DNA of 64,000 nt from a virus: IMG/VR virus record IMGVR_UViG_3300021062_000001; one strand, written 5' to 3'. Both the position numbers and the translations under genes were made by a program. Shown piece after piece: positions 34,514 to 42,619 of this stretch (its first letter is position 1; each line of letters begins with the position of its first letter). The notes beneath the pieces are model-generated. The model made no database searches. It saw only the letters and a list, made by a program, of their open reading frames with translations, and was not told the origin of the DNA.

Positions 34514-34837
34514 GTGCCCAACCCCGAGAACGACAACCTCAAGCAGCAGGCGACGCAGGCCCTCGTCGAGAGCCTGAACGACCTGATCGTCGGTGCCCGG
34601 TCCGACCTGCAGAACTTCGCCCAGGCGATCATCGCCGACTCGGTCGACGCGGCGGCGGCCGGCGACCAGGAGACGTTGGCCCAGCTCCGCAACCAGACGA
34701 AGTCCCTCATGGAACTGAACCGCCTCCGGGCGGTACACGGTGCCGAGCGGACGATCTTCCGGCTGGTGGGGCTGGCCCTGAACCTGGTCCTGAAGTTCGT
34801 GGTCCCGATCCCCCTCACCGGCGTCCAGCAGATCTAA
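34514..34837 (+). CDS. hypothetical protein with C-terminal hydrophobic segment
   Basis: 107 aa; GTG start after AAGGAGG; IFRLVGLALNLVLKFVVPIPL. Confidence 0.6.
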   Translation: MPNPENDNLKQQATQALVESLNDLIVGARSDLQNFAQAIIADSVDAAAAGDQETLAQLRNQTKSLMELNRLRAVHGAERTIFRLVGLALNLVLKFVVPIPLTGVQQI

Positions 34838-34868
34838 CCCACCTGCTGATCCCACGACGCCACCGCCC

Positions 34869-34904
34869 AGAGCCCCCGGTCCGCCGCCGGGGGCTCTTTG
34901 TTTT
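34869..34904 (+). terminator. strong intrinsic terminator
   Basis: 11-bp stem AGAGCCCCCGG / CCGGGGGCTCT, 7-nt loop, then TTTGTTTT. Confidence 0.8.
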
Positions 34905-34910
34905 CCCTCG

Positions 34911-34934
34911 GATCTCAAAACCGGTTTTTGGGAC
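34911..34934 (+). promoter_or_regulatory. palindromic box copy 7 (GATCTCAAAACCGGTTTTTGGGAC)
   Basis: Core 34917-34928; directly after the terminator; next start codon is 134 nt away (35063). Confidence 0.6.
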
Positions 34935-35062
34935 TTTGCCGTAGACCCGATCGGGGGATGGTGGTTAAGATGGCCTCGCTCGAAGGAGTGTCACGGCACG
35001 GATGCCCCGCCCGCGTTGGGCGGTAAACAAGGACTTCTCTTGACCGTACCAGGCCCGCAATC

Positions 35063-35302
35063 ATGTTCTCAGTGGCCGCGAAAGTTCGGCCCTACTGCCC
35101 GGACGAGCACATCACCGCTCGCCAGCTCCGGGGGTTAGGCTTCTACCTCTCCGAGATGATCCCGGACGAGGCCTTCGTGCGCCGGGTGGCCGTGGGGTTG
35201 AACGACGACGAGGAGCTGGACGACGGCTCCTCGACCCTCGGCCTCCGGGTGGACGAGCCGTTCGCAGTCGCGAGTGAGCTGGAGCTGGCAGCCGTGGCAT
35301 AA
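35063..35302 (+). CDS. small acidic hypothetical protein
   Basis: 79 aa ORF. Confidence 0.45.
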   Translation: MFSVAAKVRPYCPDEHITARQLRGLGFYLSEMIPDEAFVRRVAVGLNDDEELDDGSSTLGLRVDEPFAVASELELAAVA

Positions 35303-35331
35303 TGCCCTCGACGTGCAAAGGAGTGCACACC

Positions 35332-35742
35332 ATGAACCGCATCGGCTTCCTCTTCCGTTCCCTGCTCGCCCTGGTCGTCTCCCTGTTCCGCGTCTCGCGA
35401 CGGCGGTACCGGGCCGCCCGCGCGAGCTGGTTCCCCCGCCAGCGGCCCGCGAACGCCTACGCCAAGCCGCTCCAGACCTGTAAGGACATCGCCCGGATCA
35501 CGGCGACGGCGATGCGGCAGAACCGCAGCGCCAACATCGTCGTCGACGCCGGCGGGTACGTGTACGAGTCGGACGTGACCATCCCGCAGGGGAAGGGTTA
35601 CATGCCGCTCGAAGGCGTGCTCGTCGACGACTCGGCCTACTACGTCGGGGCCAAGTTCGACGTGCGGCACGACGGCCGCAAGAGCGTGGTCAACCTGGGC
35701 CGGTCTCGGCCCGCCACGCTGAAGACGCTCACCGCCGCCTGA
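35332..35742 (+). CDS. hypothetical protein with N-terminal signal-anchor
   Basis: ATG 35332 after AAGGAG; MNRIGFLFRSLLALVVSLF. Confidence 0.6.
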   Translation: MNRIGFLFRSLLALVVSLFRVSRRRYRAARASWFPRQRPANAYAKPLQTCKDIARITATAMRQNRSANIVVDAGGYVYESDVTIPQGKGYMPLEGVLVDDSAYYVGAKFDVRHDGRKSVVNLGRSRPATLKTLTAA

Positions 35743-35825
35743 AGACGCGGCCGGCTGACACACAGAGACCAGCGGGGACGGCCGTCGCGCGTGCGGCGGC
35801 CGTCTTCGCGTCACGAGGAGACGCC

Positions 35826-36056
35826 ATGGAAGAGAGCACGGACAACAAGACGTTCGCCACCGAGGTGAAGGACCACGTCCACACGATCACGGTCCACGGG
35901 GCCGACGACAGCCTCCAGTGGGCCGTGGCCGACAAGGGGGCCAAGGCACCGGTCGCGGTGACCCGCTCGGGCTCGACCCTGACCGCCACGACCCGCGACG
36001 AGGCCACCGCCGCCGAGATCCAGGCCTTGCTGAAGGCTGCCGGGTACCGCGGGTAG
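35826..36056 (+). CDS. small hypothetical protein
   Basis: 76 aa ORF, GGAG upstream. Confidence 0.5.
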   Translation: MEESTDNKTFATEVKDHVHTITVHGADDSLQWAVADKGAKAPVAVTRSGSTLTATTRDEATAAEIQALLKAAGYRG

Positions 36057-36065
36057 GCCGTTTCC

Positions 36066-36094
36066 TTGCCCGTTATCCCCCGTTCGGGTACTGT
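36066..36094 (+). promoter_or_regulatory. sigma70-like promoter candidate with GC mini-hairpin spacer
   Basis: TTGCCC-N17(gttatCCCCCGTTCGGG)-TACTGT; SD AAAGGAG and ATG 36117 follow. Confidence 0.4.
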
Positions 36095-36116
36095 CTTGCG
36101 TCAAAGGAGACCCCCG

Positions 36117-37163
36117 ATGAACTCACGACGCGACTTCCTCCGAACGGCCGTGGCGGCCGGGACTGCAGCCTTGGTCCCGGCCGCCGCTTTCGGGCACGTC
36201 CAGAAGCGAACCGTGCTCAACAAGGAGTGGGCGGTCACGCTCGCCCCCGAGCTGCCGCCCAACCCGTTCGTCATCACGACGGACTTCGGCCGCAACACGA
36301 CCTTCAGCCTCGACGACGCGAAGCTCTCCGGCCTGTGCGTCCAGTCGGTGACCGCCTTTCACCACCGGGCCAACGGCCCCGGGCGTGACGACGAGTACCA
36401 CGTCACGATCGACGCGATCTACGTCACCCCGCCCAAGACCAAGCCCAAGCGGGAGCCGGTCACCCGCACGGTCATCCTGGCCCGCGCCGACATCGCCAAG
36501 GCCGAGCGCGGCCTGACGCCGCGGATCTCGCGGCTGGAGTGCTACGACGTCGTGAAGTGGATGCGGCACCCGGACCTCGACATCACCCAGCCGGTCGTCC
36601 CCCAGGTGCTCAAGTACCTGCACCGCGTCACCGACATTCACTGGGCCGCCTACAACGACATCTTCGAGCAGGCCCCGATCGAGCCGACGTACGCCGGCCA
36701 CGCGATCGTCGACCCCGTCGTCGGCAAGGTGCCGATGCTGGCGGACGGCACGAAGCTCCCGCTCCGGGTCATCTCGACCAACCGCGACGACTTCAGCTGC
36801 GTCCACAAGGTGACGCTGTGCGGCGTGGCGACCGTGAAGTTCGCCGTCGACATCGAGGCGGACTACTGGAAGGCCCTGCCGGTCGGCCGGCACACGTTCA
36901 AGAGCTTCCGGCTGGCCGTCCACGAGGACGGCTTCCTGCACGTCTTCAGCGAGCCCGAGGGCGAGGCCGACCCCAAGCTGTTCAGCTTCGGGCTGCCGGC
37001 GACCTACGGCCCGCCGCTGCGGTACATCACCCCGCGCGTCGACGTCAACCCGGACACGGTGGCCAAGATCAGGTCGATGTTCCAGGAGAGCCGCAAGGGC
37101 GACTGGCACGTCATGCCGTACCCGGTCGAGTACCAGCCCCTGACGCCCACGATCGGAGGCTGA
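36117..37163 (+). CDS. exported protein with twin-arginine (Tat) signal
   Basis: MNSRRDFLRTAVAAGTAALVPAAAFG. Confidence 0.7.
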   Translation: MNSRRDFLRTAVAAGTAALVPAAAFGHVQKRTVLNKEWAVTLAPELPPNPFVITTDFGRNTTFSLDDAKLSGLCVQSVTAFHHRANGPGRDDEYHVTIDAIYVTPPKTKPKREPVTRTVILARADIAKAERGLTPRISRLECYDVVKWMRHPDLDITQPVVPQVLKYLHRVTDIHWAAYNDIFEQAPIEPTYAGHAIVDPVVGKVPMLADGTKLPLRVISTNRDDFSCVHKVTLCGVATVKFAVDIEADYWKALPVGRHTFKSFRLAVHEDGFLHVFSEPEGEADPKLFSFGLPATYGPPLRYITPRVDVNPDTVAKIRSMFQESRKGDWHVMPYPVEYQPLTPTIGG

Positions 37164-37166
37164 CCC

Positions 37167-38054
37167 GTGACGACGCTGCCCGTCATCGGCGTGATGCTGA
37201 CGCAGCCGTCCCGCGAGGGCCTGGCGGTGCGGGCGATCACTGACTTCGTCAACCAGACGGTCCCCCGCAAGTCGCTGTACGTCTACACGACGGACCACGA
37301 CTACGCGATCCGCCTGATGAACCGGTTCATGCCGCAGCTCGGCACCGTGTTCGTCGTCGCGGCCCGCCCGGGCTCGACCCCGCAGGACATGCTGCGGGCC
37401 GGGCTCTCGCAGGCCCGGGAGACGATGGGGTACGTCGCCCTCTGGGACGACGACATCCGCCACCACCCGGGCCGGCTGGAGCGGCAGACCGTCCAGACGG
37501 ACGACGCGAACCGCCCCAGCCTGCTCAGCTCCGGCGTCTGGCACTTCTTCGACAGCGACGAGCTGTTCGTGTACCGCCTCGACAAGCGGCACGAGCCGCT
37601 GAAGGTGCGGCTGGTCGGCTCCACGCTCGTCTGCCGGGCCGAGCGGGTGACGGACGACCTGATCCCGGTGAAGTACACTGGCAGCCCGACGCACGCCCTC
37701 GGCATGTCGGTCGTGCAGCGGTACGACGCCGTGCGGCCCACGGACGAGTGGTGGTGGATGGTGTTCGGCGTCCGCGGCGACAACGCGGGCGGTTACGAGT
37801 TTCACAGGAAGTGGGCCACGAACAAGGACCGGTGCCCTAGCGCCGCGTGGCTCCGAGAGAACCAGGTACTCCTGCGGCACTGGCTCGGTCAGTACGCGTG
37901 GGACGTTCCCAGGCTGGACGTCTGTGGCCAGGACGGCGTGGCGTTCCAGTTCGAGCCGCCCACGCTGTGGGGTCCAGAGGTGCCGCCGGTCGGCGAGCCC
38001 GAGGGCTTCGAGCGCGTGCGGGAAGTGCTGCAAGAGGAAACCAACAATGGCTAA
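37167..38054 (+). CDS. GT2-like glycosyltransferase
   Basis: LPVIGVMLTQPSREGLAVRAITDFVNQT...ALWDDDIRHHPGRLERQ (DxD). Confidence 0.55.
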   Translation: MTTLPVIGVMLTQPSREGLAVRAITDFVNQTVPRKSLYVYTTDHDYAIRLMNRFMPQLGTVFVVAARPGSTPQDMLRAGLSQARETMGYVALWDDDIRHHPGRLERQTVQTDDANRPSLLSSGVWHFFDSDELFVYRLDKRHEPLKVRLVGSTLVCRAERVTDDLIPVKYTGSPTHALGMSVVQRYDAVRPTDEWWWMVFGVRGDNAGGYEFHRKWATNKDRCPSAAWLRENQVLLRHWLGQYAWDVPRLDVCGQDGVAFQFEPPTLWGPEVPPVGEPEGFERVREVLQEETNNG

Positions 38055-38334
38055 GAAGACCAACGCCCTCGACCCCGAGACGACGCCGAACCACCCGGAG
38101 CTGACGCTGCGGGAGGTGCAGATCGCCATCGGGATCGCCGAGGGCAAGACCTACCCCGAGATCGGCGACGCGCTGGGCCTCGGGTACGAGACCGTCCGGT
38201 CGTACGTCAACCGGCTCCGCGAGAAGACCTGCAGGCGGCGGAAGGCCGAGCTGGCCATCTGGGCGTCGCAGGAGCGGAGCTGGCTCGAACACCAACAGAC
38301 CGACCTCACCGCGAAGGGCCAGACCGATGTTTGA
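38047..38334 (+). CDS. LuxR/GerE-type HTH transcription regulator (no receiver domain)
   Basis: ATG 38047; LTLREVQIAIGIAEGKTYPEIGDALGLGYETVRSYVNRLREK. Confidence 0.8.
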   Translation: MAKKTNALDPETTPNHPELTLREVQIAIGIAEGKTYPEIGDALGLGYETVRSYVNRLREKTCRRRKAELAIWASQERSWLEHQQTDLTAKGQTDV

Positions 38335-38878
38335 ACTCGTCAAGGGCTGGAACCTGCTCAAGGGGCAGGACGACTGGGAGGAGTACCGGAAGCAGTTCGC
38401 CGAGAACCAGGGCTGGGCCACCGACCAGGTCGCGTGGGGTGCCGGCCCGGTGAAGTTCCCGGCGATGGTCGTGTCGTACGCCCCGATGTACGCCAAGGTG
38501 GTCAGCTGCTACTTCTACGACGACGAGGCACGCAAGCTGCTGTCGGCCGCGACCGGCGTGCCCCTGCGGCCGCTGAAGGGCTGGCCGCCGCCGCAGACGC
38601 TCGACGGCCCGCAGCCCGAGCGGATCGTCGAGCGGGTCAACACGGTCGGCCCCAACCAGGGCGAGACGAACAAGCACGTCGCGGCGACCCTGCTGAGCGT
38701 CGTGCAGGTGCTGCTCGACAAGCGGCTCATCACGGCCGAGGCGTTCGAGGCCAAGATGCAGGCGAACCTCGCGGCCGTCGACGGGTTCAAGACCGAGCAC
38801 CAGGCGACGATCGCGTCCCTGGTCGACCCCACGCACATGCTCGGCGGCCTGCTGCCCGAGCCCGACACCGAGGGCTGA
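38327..38878 (+). CDS. hypothetical protein
   Basis: 183 aa ORF, GC3-rich. Confidence 0.65.
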   Translation: MFELVKGWNLLKGQDDWEEYRKQFAENQGWATDQVAWGAGPVKFPAMVVSYAPMYAKVVSCYFYDDEARKLLSAATGVPLRPLKGWPPPQTLDGPQPERIVERVNTVGPNQGETNKHVAATLLSVVQVLLDKRLITAEAFEAKMQANLAAVDGFKTEHQATIASLVDPTHMLGGLLPEPDTEG

Positions 38879-39172
38879 GTGGTCGACGAGATCATCGACG
38901 TCGAGTTCGTGCAGGCCGGACCGGTGATCGTCCACGCTCACCGGTCCGCCCTCGTCTGCATCACGATCGAGAGCCCCAAACCGCCGACCAAGCAGGAGCT
39001 GATCGCCAAGGTCCTGTACAATGCCGGGTACGACCCGGTCGCCTTCGCGGCCAACCCCGCGGGCCAGATGATGATCCAGGAGTGCGTCGCCGGCCGGATG
39101 AACCGCGACGGGCTCCTGCACACGGCGAAGAACATCGCCGTGCTGGACCCGACGATCATCCGGCGTCGCTGA
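38879..39172 (+). CDS. hypothetical protein
   Basis: 97 aa; GTG start abutting the upstream stop. Confidence 0.55.
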   Translation: MVDEIIDVEFVQAGPVIVHAHRSALVCITIESPKPPTKQELIAKVLYNAGYDPVAFAANPAGQMMIQECVAGRMNRDGLLHTAKNIAVLDPTIIRRR

Positions 39173-39194
39173 TCCAAAAACCGGTTTTGAGATG
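39171..39194 (+). promoter_or_regulatory. palindromic box copy 8 (GATCCAAAAACCGGTTTTGAGATG)
   Basis: Core 39177-39188; begins at the stop of the upstream gene; 18 nt before ATG 39207. Confidence 0.6.
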
Positions 39195-39206
39195 TGAGGG
39201 AGAGAC

Positions 39207-40109
39207 ATGGACGTCGGTATCCCCGGCAAGATCTGGCCCGCCCGGCTGCTGGAGCCGCCGGTGCCGTGCCCCAACTGCCAGCAGCCCGTCAACGGGTTCG
39301 TCAGCGGCGAGAGCCTGTACAGCGGCAACTCGATCACCCGGTCGGAGTCGATCGAGGGCGTGCCCGCCTCGAAGCTCAAGTCGACGATCGTCTACACCCT
39401 CCACCCGTGCTACTGCCAGGTCGACCAATACTGGATGAGCGCGTTCTCCGAGGAGATGGGCCGCCGCGAGAAGGGCCGCCCGCCCCGCAGCGTCGAGGGC
39501 CGGTCCCAGGCGAACAAGGAGGCGATGGTCGAGGAGCTGCAGGGCCGGCTCCGCGCCCTGTACACGAAGCGGGACGCCGCGATCGTGGCCGACATCCCCA
39601 GCCGCAAGGCCGCGATCGAGCGGGAGATCTGCCTGCTGGTCACCGAGCTGGCCCGGGCGATCCCCGGGTCGCACAACAAGGTCGCCGCGATCGCGCTGGA
39701 GCCCGAGGTCCTGCAGTGGGCCAGGCAGTCCAAGCTGAACGTCCCGCCCGGCTCCGGCTCCAACCCCGAGCGGGCCGTTAAGCTCACGCTGGAGCAGATC
39801 CACAAGCACCTGCAGCTCGACCCGGAGTTCAACGAGAAGCAGACCGGCCGCCGGCTGCTCGTGCTCGCCCAGGCGATGTTCAAGGAGCTGCAGGACTTCG
39901 TGAACAAGGGCAAGCCGGTCAGCCAGCAGACCCTTCGCGTCGCCGGCAAGCTAGTACCCGGGGCCGAGGGCTTCATCGTCGGCCGCGAGGTCGAGGGGCC
40001 GGTGATCGACGACCCGGAGACCGTCTTCCAGGACTCCTTCGCCCGCCGCCGGCGTCGGCGGCTCGACGTGCGGAACGACGACGACGGCAAGGATGTGGAT
40101 GACGAGTGA
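39207..40109 (+). CDS. hypothetical protein (N-terminal CPNC...CYC, basic/acidic tail)
   Basis: 300 aa ORF, GAGGGAGAG upstream. Confidence 0.65.
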   Translation: MDVGIPGKIWPARLLEPPVPCPNCQQPVNGFVSGESLYSGNSITRSESIEGVPASKLKSTIVYTLHPCYCQVDQYWMSAFSEEMGRREKGRPPRSVEGRSQANKEAMVEELQGRLRALYTKRDAAIVADIPSRKAAIEREICLLVTELARAIPGSHNKVAAIALEPEVLQWARQSKLNVPPGSGSNPERAVKLTLEQIHKHLQLDPEFNEKQTGRRLLVLAQAMFKELQDFVNKGKPVSQQTLRVAGKLVPGAEGFIVGREVEGPVIDDPETVFQDSFARRRRRRLDVRNDDDGKDVDDE

Positions 40110-40453
40110 GGTCGCGGTGGACGGGACACGCTTCGGCGGGGTATGCTAGTAGCAGGTAAGCCGTTGGCCGCGAGCGTCGGCCGGTAATGGACGGGTGGCG
40201 ATGCCAAGGATGGCGACACCACCCACGGAACGGCGTCATGGCGTGAAGGCCCGACGCCCGGTGGTGCGACGGAACGCTCAATTCGCCGTCGCAAACGGAG
40301 TCACGCTTAGCGGCGTGATACCACGGAGCCGGAAACCGACTCGGACGCGGCGGGCGAACCGCCGTGACAACCCCGAGGTGGCTGGGGAAACCGGCAGCGA
40401 GCTTACCGCAGTACAACGCACGGACGTACCCGTAGAGTCACGGAGGACTCGCC
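40110..40453 (+). ncRNA. GGA-rich structured non-coding region (candidate CsrA-titrating RNA or long CsrA-controlled leader of the 40454 gene)
   Basis: 344 nt with no credible ORF. 14 GGA, including six ACGGA. Long imperfect hairpin 40193-40224 capped by an AAGGAU hexaloop. 7-bp stem GCGACGG/CCGTCGC at 40266-40291. CGGCGG-GCGAA-CCGCCG at 40348-40364. Confidence 0.35.
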
Positions 40454-40927
40454 ATGCCCGGCCACATTCTCGCCCAGAGCCTCGACACCTGGAACCCGCT
40501 GACCGTCATCATCGCAGCGGCGGTCCTGATCTACGTCGCCTGCCAGGGGGCCGTGATGGTCATCCGCGCCCTCCGCGGCGACAAGGAGAAGACCAGCTTC
40601 GAGCAGCAGATGGGCGGCATCCTGAGCCGGCTCGGCAACGTCGAGCAGCAGACCGGGAGCATCGCCAAGGACTTCGTCCCGCCCGACGCCTTCGCCGGGA
40701 TGCTCAAAGGCCAGGTCCTCGACACGATCCTCGAAATCCAGCGGAGCCAGGACCAGCACGCGGCACTCGCGCGGCCGGTCGTCCCCCCGGCTCCGGTGGG
40801 CACCACGCAGACCACGGTCGCCGCCACGACGACCACGACGCAGCCCGTTCGGGCCGCAGCCCCCCGCCCGGCTCCAGCGCCGGGCACCGCCGTCCACACG
40901 GCGGCCGGGGCACTCGGTCAGCGATAG
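40454..40927 (+). CDS. membrane protein (one N-terminal TM)
   Basis: LTVIIAAAVLIYVACQGAVMVI; GGAGGA SD. Confidence 0.65.
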   Translation: MPGHILAQSLDTWNPLTVIIAAAVLIYVACQGAVMVIRALRGDKEKTSFEQQMGGILSRLGNVEQQTGSIAKDFVPPDAFAGMLKGQVLDTILEIQRSQDQHAALARPVVPPAPVGTTQTTVAATTTTTQPVRAAAPRPAPAPGTAVHTAAGALGQR

Positions 40928-40959
40928 ACCAGCGGGGAAGGAAGGCGTGACGGGTCAGG

Positions 40960-41544
40960 ATGGCCAAGTCGCGACGTAAACCCGAACGCACGGAGGCGTT
41001 TGTGCCAGTCAACGAAACCGAGTTTGACGCCGTTAAGGATCGGCTCACACGCACGGAGTCGACCCTCTCCCAGGTCGTCGACTCGGTGGGCCAGGTAGCC
41101 GCCACCCAGCAGCAGCAGCAGGCGGCCCTCGGCTCCCTGTCGAGCGACATGCAATCGCTGCTGACGCTGATGAAGACCAAGGACGGCCGCCTGGACATCC
41201 GCCTGCTGATGGCGGTGATCGGCGGGCTGGCCGCCGTCATCGTCCCGCTCGGGGCCATGTTCCTCGCCCCGCTCAAGACCCAGGTCGACAACCTGCAGCT
41301 GCAGATGATCCGCGATTTGGGCAACACCCGGACGGACATCGACGTGCTTCGCAAGGACGGGGCACCCGTGATCCGCGAGCGGCTGGCGGTCGACGAGGAG
41401 CGGGCTAGGATCACCGCCGCTCAGATCGCCGAGCTGCAGGACCGTGAGCGGGCCAGGCTGGAGGCGGAGGCCGCCGCCGGCCGGCGGTTCCTCTACGGCG
41501 GCACCCCGGCCCCGCACGTCCCCGCCCCGAAGGACACGCCATGA
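40960..41544 (+). CDS. coiled-coil protein with central TM segment
   Basis: LLMAVIGGLAAVIVPLGAMFLAPL flanked by Q/E/R-rich helices. Confidence 0.65.
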   Translation: MAKSRRKPERTEAFVPVNETEFDAVKDRLTRTESTLSQVVDSVGQVAATQQQQQAALGSLSSDMQSLLTLMKTKDGRLDIRLLMAVIGGLAAVIVPLGAMFLAPLKTQVDNLQLQMIRDLGNTRTDIDVLRKDGAPVIRERLAVDEERARITAAQIAELQDRERARLEAEAAAGRRFLYGGTPAPHVPAPKDTP

Positions 41545-42095
41545 TCGAAGTGCTCGACGGCCCCGGCTACTGGGACAGGCAGGCGTACGCCCTCGGCAGG
41601 CTCAAGGCCGCCGAGGACGACACGCCGACGCCCTCCTACAGCATGTCCGGCCTCCTGTACGTCTCCGAGGCGTCGGGGCGGCCGTGGGCGTGCCTGTCCG
41701 TGCCGAACGCCCTGGTCCGTGGCATGTTCGACGCGCTGACCGAGCCGGGGATCGAGCTGCCGATGACGGACGGGAAGCTGAACGCGCACATCAGCGTCTT
41801 CCGGCCCGAAGAGATCGAGATGCTGGGCGGACCCGAGGCACTAAAAAACGACCGAGGGAAGCCCTTTCGGTACTCCCTCGGTCGTCTGGTCGAGTTGACC
41901 CCGGCGGCTTGGGCCGACATGGCCAAGTGCTGGGTGCTTAGGGTTCATTCGCCCGAGCTGCAACAGCTGCGTCGAAGCCATGGGCTCTCGGGGCTGCCGA
42001 AGGACGGCGAGTACGACTTCCACATCACGGTGGCTGTCAGGCGGAAGGGCGTACTCGGTCGCAACGACACCGCCAAGGCTACGGACGCGGCTTAG
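41541..42095 (+). CDS. 2H phosphoesterase superfamily protein (LigT/cyclic phosphodiesterase-like)
   Basis: Two HxT/S motifs: NAHISVF and DFHITVAV; ATGA overlap with the upstream gene. Confidence 0.6.
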   Translation: MIEVLDGPGYWDRQAYALGRLKAAEDDTPTPSYSMSGLLYVSEASGRPWACLSVPNALVRGMFDALTEPGIELPMTDGKLNAHISVFRPEEIEMLGGPEALKNDRGKPFRYSLGRLVELTPAAWADMAKCWVLRVHSPELQQLRRSHGLSGLPKDGEYDFHITVAVRRKGVLGRNDTAKATDAA

Positions 42096-42583
42096 CAGGC
42101 CAGGCTAGGGGCGAAAGGGGACGGGGCCGCCTGACGGTTCTCGCGGCGGATCGCCTCGTACACTTCCTTACGGTGGACCGGGACGTCGGCCGGGGCCACG
42201 AACCCGAGCCGGACCTTGTCGCCGCGGATGTCGACGACCGTGTACTCGCAGGCCGTGGGTACCTTGTACCCCTCGCCCCTGCCGGCCGCGACCGCGTCGG
42301 CGAACTTCTGCAGCTCCGCGGGCTCCACCAGCACGATCGACTCGTCCCGCTGGCGGGAGAGGACGAGGTTGCCCCCGCCCTTGCGCTCGCGGACCGGCGG
42401 CGGCTGGTTGCCCCGGGCGATGTCCTGTAGGATCTGGACGTAGAGTTCCTTGCGGTAGACCTGGTACTGCTCCGGGGCCTTGATGCCGGTACGGACCTTG
42501 TCGCCGCGGATGTCAACGACGGTGACCTCGACGTCATCGCCGATGAGCGTGGACTCGTCTCGTTGACGGGAGAGAACGAGCAT
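42092..42583 (-). CDS. csrA: tandem (two-domain, single-chain) CsrA/RsmA-family RNA-binding protein
   Basis: MLVLSRQRDESTLIGDDVEVTVVDIRGDKVRTGIKAPEQYQVYRKELY, then NLVLSRQRDESIVL...EYTVVDIRGDKVRLGFVAPADVPVHRKEVY; AAGGAG SD on the minus strand. Confidence 0.85.
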   Translation of the reverse strand: MLVLSRQRDESTLIGDDVEVTVVDIRGDKVRTGIKAPEQYQVYRKELYVQILQDIARGNQPPPVRERKGGGNLVLSRQRDESIVLVEPAELQKFADAVAAGRGEGYKVPTACEYTVVDIRGDKVRLGFVAPADVPVHRKEVYEAIRRENRQAAPSPFAPSLAC

Positions 42584-42619
42584 GATCGACTCCTTTCGAT
42601 GCAGGAAGAATCGGGAAAA

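Noticed and set aside
40195-40950. ORF 40195..40950 (251 aa) as a gene covering the 40110-40453 gap
   Set aside because: The translation is R/P/G-rich filler. It overlaps the well-supported 40454 gene in another frame and has no SD.
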